Of a DNA stretch of 64,000 nucleotides, positions 1 to 14,800 are shown one piece after another. The notes beneath the pieces were generated by a model that was given only the letters and a program-made list of their open reading frames with translations, was not told where the DNA came from and did no database searches. Made by a program: the position numbers and the translations under genes. Source of the stretch: Nemertoderma westbladi (Eukaryota; Animalia; Xenacoelomorpha); assembly GCA_032718475.1 (NCBI GenBank), contig JAUCBJ010007175.1:1-64000 (forward strand). Direction: 5' to 3'. Numbering within the stretch: position 1 is the first letter of the stretch; the number at the start of each line of letters is the position of its first letter.

Positions 1-2739
1 GCCTTTGGTATTTTATATTAAGAAGGGGGAAGTTAGAATCACTGCATAAATGCAGTTCATCTAACTTCCCCCAAATATCCACTGTTGAATAAAATTGAAG
101 CGATATATTAAGTCCGAAAAGTTGCGAGTTTTTTAATAAATTGTGTGGTCCATTTGTTATCTGATCTCTATTTATTGTTTAAAGTTAATTTAAGATCACA
201 TTGGTTTTTAGAATATTAAAATCTTATTAATTATGAATTTAACCAATCGAACCCTTATAAGGACCGATTATTTGTACACCTACTCCTAATGCGCTCAGTA
301 AGGTCCAAACAACATATTAATATGAAAATAAAGTATCTGCAATGAAAAGAACCCAATAATACACCATTTGACCTTATTAAAAAAAATTGCACATTTGCAC
401 ACATATTTGCACAAGTGCACTTTAGCGGATCCTAAAGGTGGTTCATATTTAACACACTTATGTCTATCCTCTACCGATCTATATTGGTGCATGATCAATT
501 GTCAGTCGCTAAAAGTGTCAAAAATCAGATTTAATAAATCGCGACATTTGCGATTTTGGACCATATTCATGGACATTTTAAGTTACTTTATAGACATAAA
601 AAGTTAAACAAATGTTAAGATTATAGTTAGAAATCACTCCAAACTACATTTTAACCCAAAAAATAACATTCTAGGAAGTATAGAACTGGAAATAATAGTG
701 TATGAAATATCGAAAAAATGTGCACTTTTTAAGTGCATTTTGCACTAAGTGCACATAAGTATTTTCCCAAGTTGTATCCTATTTCATATACTACGATCTA
801 TCCTCTATCCAATGAAAAAAGTTTCAGATCAAACGGCCCAGTAGAACCGAAGTTATTGATGTTTAAAAATAGTCACTCGAAAATTTCAAAATCACTTGGT
901 CACATAGTCTAGTGGTTATCAATCACGTTAATGAAACCTAAGTTCGCGGGTACGAAATCCAATATTGGCCATTCTAAATTTTTTGCAAAAAAAAATATTT
1001 TTATTTTTTCACTAAAATCGCTCTAACTTCGGTTCTGGTGGTCCAAATTCAATAAAATTGGTATATTCTTTGCCGTAATTTTTTTTTCTATCTTTTGAGA
1101 GGGGGTCATTTTTGGCCCCAAAAAAAATTGAAAAAAAGGGCCAAAATTACGCGATATTTTTCGGCCCTTAAAATTCATAATTTTAATTATAAATGTTAAG
1201 AAAAAAGATAGCGGAGGTAATTTTCTACATTTTAAATGTACTTTTGGAGCAATACACTAAATTATAATGGAGTAGCGATTTATTAAAAATAAAATTTTTT
1301 TTGCCCCTTTTTATAAATATTTTATTTCACACGATCGTCTACCGCACCAGTTGTATAATAGCTACGGCGTTGTAACTAAATCTGAAAGATAGATAATTTA
1401 ACGCTCTATAAGAATGTTTAAATACGTTTCCCCGACGTTGAGTAGTTTTTGAGCTACACGTGTTCCCGCGCAGCCAGTTTGAAACGCGAAATTTTAATAT
1501 TGGCCCTCATTTTTTTTTATATCATTTGCGCAGCAAAACCAATCGAATATTTGGATTGCCCGTATTAATATTAACCTTATAAAATGCACCTTAACCTTCT
1601 AGAGTCAAAAATTTAAAAGTTATTAGTTATAAATCATTTATCAGTTTCTGGCCCTTTTTGGACCCTTTTGCCGACATATTTTTTGTACCCCCATTCGATA
1701 GGAATGTAGCCCCTGTGGTCTGTTACACCTTCCGAAAAGAATTGGCAGATTCCTACTAGCGTTTTCGAATTAAAAATTTCGGAAATATTAATTATATATA
1801 AAGGACGGACAAAAACGGAAAAGTTACGGCCCCTTTTTCCACCCGCAATATTAATAAATATCTTACCCCCATTCGATAAGAATGTAGTACCACTCTTTCC
1901 CTATCCACCCGCGTTACTTTCGTCTCCGTACGATTAATACTTGTCCGAGTTATAGCGCATTCCGCAAAGTCATTTTGTCCGTTTTCTCGATTTTGACGGA
2001 CATTAGCTGGTAAACATCGACTTAATTTTTAAAACAAAAATATGTGAAATCTAATTTTTAGACCCTCTTTCGATTCCGGGCGACGGCTAGTAGGTAGGGG
2101 CGATATTTAATTTTTTTTACATAGACCCTAATGGTGAATTCTAGCGGAGACGACGGACAATCGTCCGTAATGTCCGTCAAACCGATAGATCGGAAAATCC
2201 TTGTGGATCAAATGTCTTAGGATCGGCCGATGCGTCTCTGGTGAAAAAATAAAGGAAAAATAGTGGTTAGTTTAGGAGAACAGGCAAATGCTCGCTCTCT
2301 ATTCTCCTCTCTCAGTAATATGATAATAAATTATTCATCCTTCCTGGTAGGTCAGTTGTCTTAGCTTAGGAGGATACACCCGGCTTATGATAACCATAAG
2401 TATGAAACCTAGGTACCGGGTTCGAGCCGCAAAAGGGGCGGTTTAAATTTTTCGCTATGGCAAGCATTATTATATTGTTATATTACATTACATATAATGT
2501 TTGGATAGAAGTTTCTGTGTGAGGAAGTCAGAAACTAAAAACCTTTATTACATCCCAGTTTTATACTAGCTTAGCTACTATTTTATAATTTATGTTATTT
2601 GATACTTTAATTAAATGAAAAGCTATTTAATGAAATGTTAATTAACGAATTGATGAAAATGTAAATGTTACAATACCAGCAGACCAACACGCTTTAATTA
2701 ATTATTTATCCCATTTTGACCCCAGATCAATATTTTTAG

Positions 2740-2860
2740 GAAATCAGTGCCAATCCTTATTCTCGGGAGGTGACTGACTGGATTACCGTTACGAATCTTC
2801 GTCTGCGTTTTTTGAAGTTATTTACGTTGGGGGATACCGGTATGAATGTGGGAAAATCTG
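2740..2860 (+). CDS. LAMB1: Laminin beta exon 1 in window (LN domain)
   Basis: tttttag|GAA...TCT G|gtgagt; EISANPYSREVTDWITVTNLRLRFLKLFTLGDTGMNVGKS. Confidence 0.9.
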
Positions 2861-5800
2861 GTGAGTTGGTATAACAGTAAGTACAGTAGGTGTTCCATAG
2901 TAAGGGGACATCGGACATCCATGACGTCATGCTGAGAACAGGGTAGGATATTTTGTGAGATATTGTGACCAGGGGGGTGGGTCCTCAATTATTGATTGAC
3001 AAACATGTTCCTTTGGTGGGAAATTTAAAAATAGTTTGCGGATGTTTTATAGCACAAGTAATGCTTAGCTCACTCCAACACAACTCGGAATCCCGATCTT
3101 CGGTTAAGTTAATAAAAGATATCAGAGGCAAAGCTAGTGATCCCAAGGATGAGTACCCAGTTACTTATTTGAGTACCCGGTTACTAATTTAAGTACGCGG
3201 TTACTAATTTGAGTTCCCGGTTACTAATTTGAGTACCCGGTTACTAATTTGAGTACGCGGTTACTAATTTGAGTTCCCGGTTACTAATTTGAGTACGCGG
3301 TTACTAATTTGAGTACGCGGTTATTAATTTGAGTATGCGGTTACTAATTTGAGTACCCGGTTACCAATTTGTGTACGCGGTTACTAAGTTTACTACGCGG
3401 TTGCTAATTTGTGTACCCGGTTACTTATTTGAGTATTCGGTTACTAATTTGAGTCCCCGGTTACTAATTTGAGTACCCGGTTACTAATTTGAGTCCCCGG
3501 TTACTAATTTGAGTACCCGGTTACCAATTTGTGTACGCGGTTACTAATTTGAGTACCCAGTTACTTATTTGAGTACTCGGTTACTAATTTGAGTCCCCGG
3601 TTACCAATTTGTGTACGCGGTTACTAAGTTTACTACGCGGTTGCTAATTTGTGTACCCGGTTACTTTTTTGAGTACTCGGTTACTAATTTTAGTACTCGG
3701 TTACTAATTTAATTACGCGATTACTAATTCAAGTTCTAGGTTACTAATTTGAGTAGCCGGTTACTAATTTGAGTAGCCGGTTACTAATTTGAGTAGCCGG
3801 TTACTAATTTGAGTACCCAGTTACTTATTTGAGTACCCAGTTACTAATTTGAATACCCGGTTACTAATTTGAGTACGCGGTTACTAATTTGAGTATCCAG
3901 TTACTACTTATTTGAGTCCCCGGTTACTAATTTGAGTAGCCGGTTATTAATATAAGTACTCAGTTACTAATTTAAGTACGCGGTTACTTATTTGAGTACC
4001 CGGTTACTAATTTGAGTACGCGGTTACTAATTTGAGTTCCCGGTTACTAATTTGAGTACCCGGTTACTAATTTGAGTACCTGGTTACTAATTTGAGTTCC
4101 CGGTTACTAATTTGAGTACGCGGTTACTAATTTGAGTATGCGGTTACTAATTTGAGTACCCGGTTACCAATTTGTGTACGGTGTACGCGGTTACTAAGTT
4201 TACTACGCGGTTGCTAATTTGTGTACCCGGTTACTTATTTGAGTATTCGGTTACTAATTTGAGTCCCCGGTTACTAATTTGAGTACCCGGTTACTAATTT
4301 GACTCCCCGGTTACTAATTTGAGTACGGTGTACGCGGTTACTAAGTTTACTACGCGGTTGCTAATTTGTGTACCCGGTTACTAATTTGAGTACCCGGTTA
4401 CCAATTTGAGTACGCGGTTACTAAGTTTACTACGCGGTTGCTAATTTGTGTACCCGGTTACTTATTTGAGTACCCGGTTACTAATTTGAGTCCCTGGTTA
4501 CTAATTTGAGTACCCGGTTACTAATTTGAGTACCCAGTTACTTATTTGAGTACTCGGTTACTAATTTGAGTACCCAATTACTTATTTGAGTACTCGGTTA
4601 CTAATTTGAGTACCCAGTTACTTATTTGAGTCCCCGGTTACCAATTTGTGTACGCGGTTACTAAGTTTACTACGCGGTTGCTAATTTGTGTACCCGGTTA
4701 CTTTTTTGAGTACTCGGTTACTAATTTTAGTACTCGGTTACTAATTTAATTACGCGATTACTAATTCAAGTTCTAGGTTACTAATTTGAGTAGCCGGTTA
4801 CTAATTTGAGTAGCCGGTTACTAATTTGAGTAGCCGGTTACTAATTTGAGTACCCAGTTACTTATTTGAGTACCCAGTTACTAATTTGAATACCCGGTTA
4901 CTAATTTGAGTACGCGGTTACTAATTTGAGTATCCAGTTACTACTTATTTGAGTCCCCGGTTACTAATTTGAGTAGCCGGTTACTAATTTGAGTACCCAG
5001 TTACTTATTTGAGTACCCAGTTACTAATTTGAATACCCGGTTACTAATTTGAGTACGCGGTTACTAATTTGAGTATCCAGTTACTACTTATTTGAGTCCC
5101 CGGTTACTAATTTGAGTAGCCGGTTACTAATTTGAGTACCCAGTTACTAATTTGAGTATCCAGTTACTACTTATTTGAGTCCCCGGTTACTAATTTGAGT
5201 AGCCGGTTACTAATTTGAGTACCCAGTTACTTATTTGAGTACCCAGTTACTAATTTGAGTATCCAGTTACTACTTATTTGAGTCCCCGGTTACTAATTTG
5301 AGTCCCCGGTTACTAATTTGAGTACGCGGTTACTAATTTGAGTATCCAGTTACTACTTATTTGAGTCCCCGGTTACTAATTTGAGTAGCCGGTTACTAAT
5401 TTGAGTACCCAGTTACTAATTTGAGTATCCAGTTACTACTTATTTGAGTCCCCGGTTACTAATTTGAGTAGCCGGTTACTAATTTGAGTACCCAGTTACT
5501 TATTTGAGTACCCAGTTACTAATTTGAGTATCCAGTTACTACTTATTTGAGTCCCCGGTTACTAATTTGAGTAGCCGGTTACTAATTTGAGTACCCAGTT
5601 ACTTATTTGAGTACCCAGTTACTAATTTGAGTACGCGGTTACTAATTTGAGTATCCAGTTACTACTTATTTGAGTCCCCGGTTACTAATTTGAGTAGCCG
5701 GTTACTAATTTGAGTACCCAGTTACTTATTTGAGTACCCAGTTACTAATTTGAATACCCGGTTACTAATTTGAGTACGCGGTTACTAATTTGAGTATCCA

Positions 5801-8800
5801 GTTACTACTTATTTGAGTCCCCGGTTACTAATTTGAGTAGCCGGTTATTAATATAAGTACTCAGTTACTAATTTAAGTACGCGGTTACTTATTTGAGTAC
5901 CCGGTTACTAATTTGAGTACGCGGTTACTAATTTGAATTCCCGGTTACTAATTTGAGTACCCGGTTACTAATTTGAGTACCTGGTTACTAATTTGAGTTC
6001 CCGGTTACTAATTTGAGTACGCGGTTACTAATTTGAGTATGCGGTTACTAATTTGAGTACCCGGTTACCAATTTGTGTACGGTGTACGCGGTTACTAAGT
6101 TTACTACGCGGTTGCTAATTTGTGTACCCGGTTACTTATTTGAGTATTCGGTTACTAATTTGAGTCCCCGGTTACTAATTTGAGTACGCGGTTACTAATT
6201 TGACTCCCCGGTTACTAATTTGAGTACGGTGTACGCGGTTACTAAGTTTACTACGCGGTTGCTAATTTGTGTACCCGGTTACTAATTTGAGTACCCGGTT
6301 ACCAATTTGAGTACGCGGTTACTAAGTTTACTACGCGGTTGCTAATTTGTGTACCCGGTTACTTATTTGAGTACCCGGTTACTAATTTGAGTCCCTGGTT
6401 ACTAATTTGAGTACCCGGTTACTAATTTGAGTACCCAGTTACTTATTTGAGTACTCGGTTACTAATTTGAGTACCCAATTACTTATTTGAGTACTCGGTT
6501 ACTAATTTGAGTACCCAGTTACTTATTTGAGTCCCCGGTTACCAATTTGTGTACGCGGTTACTAAGTTTACTACGCGGTTGCTAATTTGTGTACCCGGTT
6601 ACTTTTTTGAGTACTCGGTTACTAATTTTAGTACTCGGTTACTAATTTAATTACGCGATTACTAATTCAAGTTCTAGGTTACTAATTTGAGTAGCCGGTT
6701 ACTAATTTGAGTAGCCGGTTACTAATTTGAGTAGCCGGTTACTAATTTGAGTACCCAGTTACTTATTTGAGTACCCAGTTACTAATTTGAATACCCGGTT
6801 ACTAATTTGAGTACGCGGTTACTAATTTGAGTATCCAGTTACTACTTATTTGAGTCCCCGGTTACTAATTTGAGTAGCCGGTTATTAATATAAGTACTCA
6901 GTTACTAATTTAAGTACGCGGTTACTTATTTGAGTACCCGGTTACTAATTTGAGTACGCGGTTACTAATTTGAGTTCCCGGTTACTAATTTGAGTACCCG
7001 GTTACTAATTTGAGTACCTGGTTACTAATTTGAGTTCCCGGTTACTAATTTGAGTACGCGGTTACTAATTTGAGTATGCGGTTACTAATTTGAGTACCCG
7101 GTTACCAATTTGTGTACGGTGTACGCGGTTACTAAGTTTACTACGCGGTTGCTAATTTGTGTACCCGGTTACTTATTTGAGTATTCGGTTACTAATTTGA
7201 GTCCCCGGTTACTAATTTGAGTACCCGGTTACTAATTTGACTCCCCGGTTACTAATTTGAGTACGGTGTACGCGGTTACTAAGTTTACTACGCGGTTGCT
7301 AATTTGTGTACCCGGTTACTAATTTGAGTACCCGGTTACCAATTTGAGTACGCGGTTACTAAGTTTACTACGCGGTTGCTAATTTGTGTACCGTGTACGC
7401 GGTTACTAAGTTTACTACGCGGTTGCTAATTTGTGTACCCGGTTACTTATTTGAGTACCCGGTTACTAATTTGAGTCCCTGGTTACTAATTTGAGTACCC
7501 GGTTACCAATTTGTGTACGCGGTTACTAAGTTTACTACGCGGTTGCTAATTTGTGTACCCGGTTACTTATTTGAGTACCCGGTTACTAATTTGAGTCCCT
7601 GGTTACTAATTTGAGTACCCGGTTACTAATTTGAGTACCCAGTTACTTATTTGAGTACTCGGTTACTAATTTGAGTACCCAATTACTTATTTGAGTACTC
7701 GGTTACTAATTTGAGTACCCAGTTACTTATTTGACTCCCCGGTTACTAATTTGAGTACCCTGTTACCAATTTGTGTACGGTGTACGCGGTTACTAAGTTT
7801 ACTACGCGGTTGCTAATTTGTGTACCCGGTTACTTATTTGAGTACCCGGTTACTAATTTGAGTCCCTGGTTACTAATTTGAGTACCCGGTTACTAATTTG
7901 AGTACCCAGTTACTTATTTGAGTACTCGGTTACTAATTTGAGTACCCAGTTACTTATTTGACTCCCCGGTTACTAATTTGAGTACCCTGTTACCAATTTG
8001 TGTACGGTGTACGCGGTTACTAAGTTTACTACGCGGTTGCTAATTTGTGTACCCGGTTACTTATTTGAGTACCCGGTTACTAATTTGAGTCCCTGGTTAC
8101 TAATTTGAGTACCCGGTTACTAATTTGAGTACCCAGTTACTTATTTGAGTACTCGGTTACTAATTTGAGTACCCAGTTACTTATTTGAGTACTCGGTTAC
8201 TAATTTGAGTACCCAGTTACTTATTTGAGTACTCGGTTACTAATTTGAGTCCCCGGTTACTAATTTGAGTACCCGGTTACCAATTTGTGTACGCGGTTAC
8301 TAATTTGAGTACTCGGTTACTAATTTGAGTCCCCGGTTACTAATTTGAGTACCCGGTTACCAATTTGTGTACGCGATTACTAAGTTTACTACGCGGTTGC
8401 TAATTTGTGTACCCGGTTACTTATTTGAGTACCCGGTTACTAATTTAAGTACTCGGTTACTAATTTGAGTGTACGGTTACTTATTCGAGTACCCGGTTAC
8501 TAATTTTAGTACGCGGTTACTAATTTGAGTACCCAGTTACTTATTTGAGTACTCGGTTACTAATTTGAGTCCCCGGTTACTAATTTGAGTACGCTGTTAC
8601 TAAGTTTACTACGCGGTTGTTAATATGTGTACCCGGTTACTTATTTGAGTACCTGGTTACTAATTTGAGTACCCGGTTACTAATTTGAGTACCCAGTTAC
8701 TTATTTGAGTACTCGGTTTCTAATTTGAGTACCCAGTTACTTATTTGAGTACTCGGTTACTAATTTGAGTACCCAGTTACTTATTTGAGTACTCGGTTAC

Positions 8801-11800
8801 TAATTTGAGTACCCAGTTACTTATTTGAGTACTCGGTTACTAATTTGAGTACCCAGTTACTTATTTGAGTACTCGGTTACTAATTTGAGTACCCAGTTAC
8901 TTATTTGAGTACTCGGTTACTAATTTGAGTCCCCGGTTACTAATTTGAGTACCCGGTTACCAATTTGTGTACGCGCTTACTAATTTGAGTACTCGGTTAC
9001 TAATTTGAGTCCCCGGTTACTAATTTGAGTACCCGGTTACCAATTTGTGTATGCGGTTACTAAGTTTACTACGCGGTTGCTAATTTGTGTACCCGGTTAC
9101 TTTTTTGAGTACCCAGTTACTTATTTGAGTCCCTGGTTACTAATTTGAGTACCCGGTTACTAATTTGAGTCCCTGGTTACTAATTTGAGTACCCGGTTAC
9201 TAATTTGAGTACCCAGTTACTTATTTGAGTACTCGGTTACTAATTTGAGTACCCAGTTACTTATTTGAGTACTCGGTTACTAATTTGAGTACCCAGTTAC
9301 TTATTTGAGTACTCGGTTACTAATTTGAGTCCCCGGTTACTAATTTGAGTACCCGGTTACCAATTTGTGTACGCGGTTACTAATTTGAGTACTCGGTTAC
9401 TAATTTGAGTCCCCGGTTACTAATTTGAGTACCCGGTTACCAATTTGTGTACGCGATTACTAAGTTTACTACGCGGTTGCTAATTTGTGTACCCGGTTAC
9501 TTATTTGAGTACCCGGTTACTAATTTAAGTACTCGGTTACTAATTTGAGTGTACGGTTACTTATTCGAGTACCCGGTTACTAATTTTAGTACGCGGTTAC
9601 TAATTTGAGTACCCAGTTACTTATTTGAGTACTCGGTTTCTAATTTGAGTCCCCGGTTACTAATTTGAGTACGCGGTTACTAAGTTTACTACGCGGTTGT
9701 TAATATGTGTACCCGGTTACTTATTTGAGTACCCGGTTACTAATTTATTATTATTATTCAATCCGGTATAAGGCCCCGGTGGCTTTAAGTAAAATGGTCG
9801 GACAATAATATTGTAACTGCACATGATTAAAATTATTATACACATATTATTACATAAGAACGAAATTAAGATTTAAATTAGAATAAAATGGTTATACAGT
9901 ATATGCCTTTACACACAAAAGTTATCATTGGCATTAAACGCATCATATGTGGCATGATGGACATTGGTGTCATCGAGATATGTTTTAAAAATTATATTGA
10001 TCCAACTGCACCCAAGTACAGTACGACTAAAATAATCGTGGATACATTGGTGTTTAAGAGTATATGATATATTAGGCTTATCTAAAATTGACCATATATA
10101 GAAGGTATCAAATTGTGTACGGAAGGTTGCATTGGCAAATTCTTGTCTCGATCGTTTACATATTTGTTTCACATCATACCGTTGGGTTACAAGACTTTCG
10201 AGGGACGGAGAGCCCAGGTAGAAAGAGCTTATTCTGTAGTCGTCAAAAATTTGTTCATGTACCACTCCTGCTAGATGGCGTGTAAAAATATATGAGAATA
10301 AAAATGATATTTAGTTGTTGTCACAATTAAAGGCATTGTGTAGTGCGCGTAGTTGTGAGCACCTCTGTCTGTGAATTTGAGTAACCTAATTTAAGTAACC
10401 TTAATTTTTTATTTACTAATTTAAGTACGCGGTTACTAATTTAAGTACGCGGTTACTAATTTAAGTACGCGGTTACTAATTTAAGTACGCGGTTACTAAT
10501 TTGAGTACCCGGTACCTAACATGTTATCTCGTAACGTGTTAGACTGCGACGGTACCAGCCGCAGTCTCTCGCGGAGACAGGGATTATCGAGACGTCTATT
10601 AATTGAGGCAGGTCTTGTTGCCTGATTCTCTTTTTATACGTTGTTGTCACAGTGTTAGTGTTTAATTGTTTTTAAATTTCATGGTTTTTCTTAACTTGGA
10701 ATATAAATAAAAGTACACGGTAGAAAAAATAAACCTTACACGCTATTAACGTTAATTTAATAGTTATTAACACCTAAAGTGCCCAGTGTAGCAATGGTAC
10801 AACGAACTGCGAAATGTTACCAAAAAATTATTTTCAACTTAAATTTTTAGTATATTTATAGTATTTATTACAGTTAGTAATTTATTATTTTAAATTATGC
10901 TTATATTTTCTGAAAATTTTAGGGTTAACTTTATCTATTTTATTGATTATAATTTAAGTGTTGGACATGAAGTATTACTACGCCATTTACGAGATTGCGA
11001 TCCGTGGTATGTGTATGTGTTTCGGTCATGCAATGGACTGCATCCCCGACCCAGCCACGGGGGCCAACCCCCTGAGGGTCTACGGTATGTGCAGGTGTCT
11101 GCACAACACTGCCGGGAAGAATTGCGATCGCTGTCTGGAGCTGTACAACGACGCCCCCTGGAGGCCCGGCGTGAACAAAACGGCGAATGAGTGCAGGAGG
11201 TTAGTAGAGGTGGGGGGCATACATTGCATATATGTGGAATATAATCTTCTCAGCATCTCAGGTCTTTAGATCCCGGGGGACTTTAGACCCTGAAAGGGCC
11301 TTGAGATCTCACTTTAATGAAAATAATTTAATTTATAATATTCAATGTATTTATTATATTGGATTGGCTAAAGATACAATTAAATGGAAAATTATACTAG
11401 ATTGACTAAAGTAGCTAAAAGTTTACGGGGTATGGCAATGTAAAACAGATGTAACCAACCGACCTACAGACCTATACCGTTCTAATCTTATCGTTAACGT
11501 AAATTTAAGTCTCACAATTTTCCTCATTTATTATTGGTGTTTTGGGTGAATGAGTGGTTTCATATATACCTGAGCCGCTAGCTGAATGGTTAGAGCGTCA
11601 GACTTCCAATCCGGAGGTCACCAGTTCGATCCCGCCTGGACGTCATTGCCGTCTTTGCAAAAGCTGTAATATTAAATCTGACCCATTCAATAGGCGCCAT
11701 AATAGAATGCAATAACGCGATTTTTTCTAGCTAGTTCTCTCAGATAATTTGACTATTATCAATTACCTTTTTTTATACTAGGCTTGCTCCACAATTCGAA

Positions 11801-14800
11801 CCAGTCCGCAGTACCGAGATCATATAAGAAACAGCTGAAAAGTTTCCCCCGCTAACTAGAACCCACTTTTCCTTCGATTTCTTTGGTTATATGCATAGAT
11901 TTCCTATATTCAAGTGTTCACAGTTAAATTCAACAAAGTGTATCTATCTACCCGTCGCTCGTATCGGTCGGTCGGTCGGTTGGTCGGTCGGTCGGTCGGT
12001 CGGTCGGTCGGTCGGTCGGTCGGTCGGTCGGTCGGTCGGTCGGTCGGTCGGTCGGTCGGTCGGTCGGTCGGTCGGTCGGTCGGTCGGTCGGTCGGTCGGT
12101 CGGTCGGTCGGTCGGTCGGTCGGTCGGTCGGTCGGTCGGTCGGTCGGTCGGTCGGTCGGTCGGTCGGTCGGTCGGTCGGTCGGTCGGTCGGTCGGTCGGT
12201 CGGTCGGTCGGTCGGTCGGTCGGTCGGTTTGGTAGGTCGTTCGGTCGGGTGGGTCCGTCCGTCCGTCCGCCTCTCAGTTACCGTTTTAACATCCACCCTT
12301 TCCACTTCTCCCTTTTAGATGCGACTGTAATGACCACGCCGTCTCCTGTACCTTTGACGAGGAACTCTGGGAGAGATCCAACCAGACTTCGGGAGGCCGT
12401 TGTATCTGCGATTCTGTGACTACCGGTGTGCATTGCGAAGATTGCCAACCCTTTTATTATCTCGCACACGATAAAAGAATAACAGGTTGAAATTATTGCA
12501 AAATATTTGATTTATATTAATTTTTAATATTAGAAAAAAATAACAATATAATAAACAGGAGTTATTCATTTTTCATTCATTTTTTTCGCTCCATTTGCTA
12601 TAGAGTTGGATCATTCTTAGTCCTGTTTAATTTACTTAATAATATAAAAACAGGAGTCGAATTCGAACTTTTTATAAAGTTTCTGTAAGAATTGTTTTAA
12701 AACCGAGCGTACCGATGATTGTATAATAGTTGCGATATTGGAATCTCAATTTTTTGACGAATGTTGGAAGTTTTATGACCGACTGTGGAAGGAAATAATC
12801 GAGTGTATGTAATAATGAAAAAGTAAAAAAATATATTTATATTTATAAAATTTATAGAATAACCACCGGTATAATCAGCTGTAGAATATGATTGGATTAT
12901 GTAGATTACTGATATTCCATCCCCAGATTCCGACCCCTGTCTGCCATGCGATTGCTACTTTTATGGAACAGAAAACGAAAGAGGATATTGCTACCCAAAA
13001 AACGATACCGAAAAGGGAATTACTGCAGGAAACTGCCCCTGTAAAAAGAACACTCAAGGGAAACGGTGGGTTTGTGCTTGGGTGGTACTTGTAACCTAAT
13101 TGTTATTATATTAATTATAATTAGCAGCAGCGTGGTCTAGTGGTGACATTCCTGGGCTTCCAATTAGGGAGCCCTGGTTCGATCCCTAGATGGGGCAGCA
13201 CTATTTGGGCACAGTGTTTTAAATGCTGCAGCCTAGCCCAACCCCGGCTTTCATCCTTCAGTAGTCGATAAATGGGAACCAAGGCAACTTGGGAAACAGA
13301 GTGGAAGGGTTTACTGTGGAAGATCACCCATGATGGTGGTGAACAGGGATTCATTGGCTTAACGAGCCTAAAAGATTCCCCCATTCATTATATTAATTAT
13401 TATTAACACAATTTAATTTACATTTAAATAAAGTATCACTTTATTTCACGCTGGCTCGAGTGGGAATATTTCCTCGGACGAGCGTAAGTGAGAAATAAGA
13501 AGCGAGAGCCTGAGGGTACTGAATGACTAACTGTTGGCCTAGCTCACCGTGAAAGTAGAATACTACTACTAGGATCGGCATGCTGCATTGCAGCTGCATT
13601 TTTAAGAATGCTGTGCCGGCTTGTCAACAAAATTGCACCGCCACAACTCCCTATCACCCATGACATTTGCTAGATCATCCGCATCTTTAAGGCCATTGTC
13701 CTTTAAAATGCGTCTCAAGAACGTCATGGGCTGTCCACCATGCTTATTCACTCCATGAGGCTGCCAAAGTACAAGATTATGCACTGGCTGGTCCTCACGG
13801 CGAAAGCAATGTCCTGCAAAGCGGAGGCGATTTTGTTCTAGTGTCAAGCTCGGGGGAACCAATGAGACGCCTCCAATGTTATATAGTGTCTGGTTGGAGA
13901 TGTGTGCATTGTACTTGACACAATGAACCTGGAATTATAATGATCTAAGGACATGCGCAGAACATAGTCAACCACAATAATGAACAAGAATGGTGCAAGT
14001 GTGTCTCCTTGGAGGACGCCCCATAACACTTCAAATGGTGCTGTGTCACCGTCAACAGTAGACACTAATGTTGTCGAACCATCGTATTCTGATCTGATTG
14101 CTGCAATAATTTCATCAGGAATCCCATATAATGAAAGTATGCTGAATACGGTACAATTATACTAAAACAATATTGTTACCTTATTTCACGCCGTGAGATA
14201 TACGGTAGCACCATATAGCCTATCATTGAATTTACTTTTTCACGGCGTATTTCACGCCGACTTTTAAATTAAGTTATATTATTATTATTTCTTATTTATT
14301 GTGTCAGACCACATGTGACAGACAACTAACAGCTGTCCTCCTTTCGGCCAAGTAAGTAACAGCCTATATATAACAAATATAAACTGTAGTCCAACTTTAT
14401 TATTCGATTGTTTATTACATTATTATTGCTTTTATTATTGTTTTTAGGTGCGATGAGTGTAAACCTGGCTATTGGGATTTGGGTAAAGGTCGTCCAGACG
14501 GTTGTAAGGCCTGTAGTTGTCGTACAGAAGGGACTCTAGACAATCTGGGATGCGATAAAGTTACAGGGGAATGGTAAGTTGTCTTTACGGAGTTTGGATA
14601 ATGTAAGTGTTTCTACAGTATGTAGACCTAAACTGCATCAATTACCAATCACCCAGGGCCGGATTAAGGGGGGTACAATCGGTGCAGGTGCACCCGGGCC
14701 GCTACGTCATTAATCCGGCCCTCCAATCACCGCCCCACAAGCTAATTTTTATCAAATTAAAATAATTAAATCAAATTACAAAAACAGCTACGAAATTGGT

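Noticed and set aside
1-2322. Helitron-like non-autonomous element on the minus strand
   Set aside because: Looks repeat-like with a possible TC 5' end near 2322, but no 3' hairpin/CTAG or second copy is visible.
10522-10740. Solo LTR (TGT...ACA ends, hairpins, AATAAA)
   Set aside because: No target-site duplication or second copy found.
11572-11645. Functional tRNA-Gly gene (also tRNA-like pieces near 898-965 and 2350-2440)
   Set aside because: Acceptor and T stems do not pair; better explained as SINE or pseudogene relics.
11891-12318. GRSV and TDRP repeat ORFs
   Set aside because: Artefacts of the (GGTC)n microsatellite.
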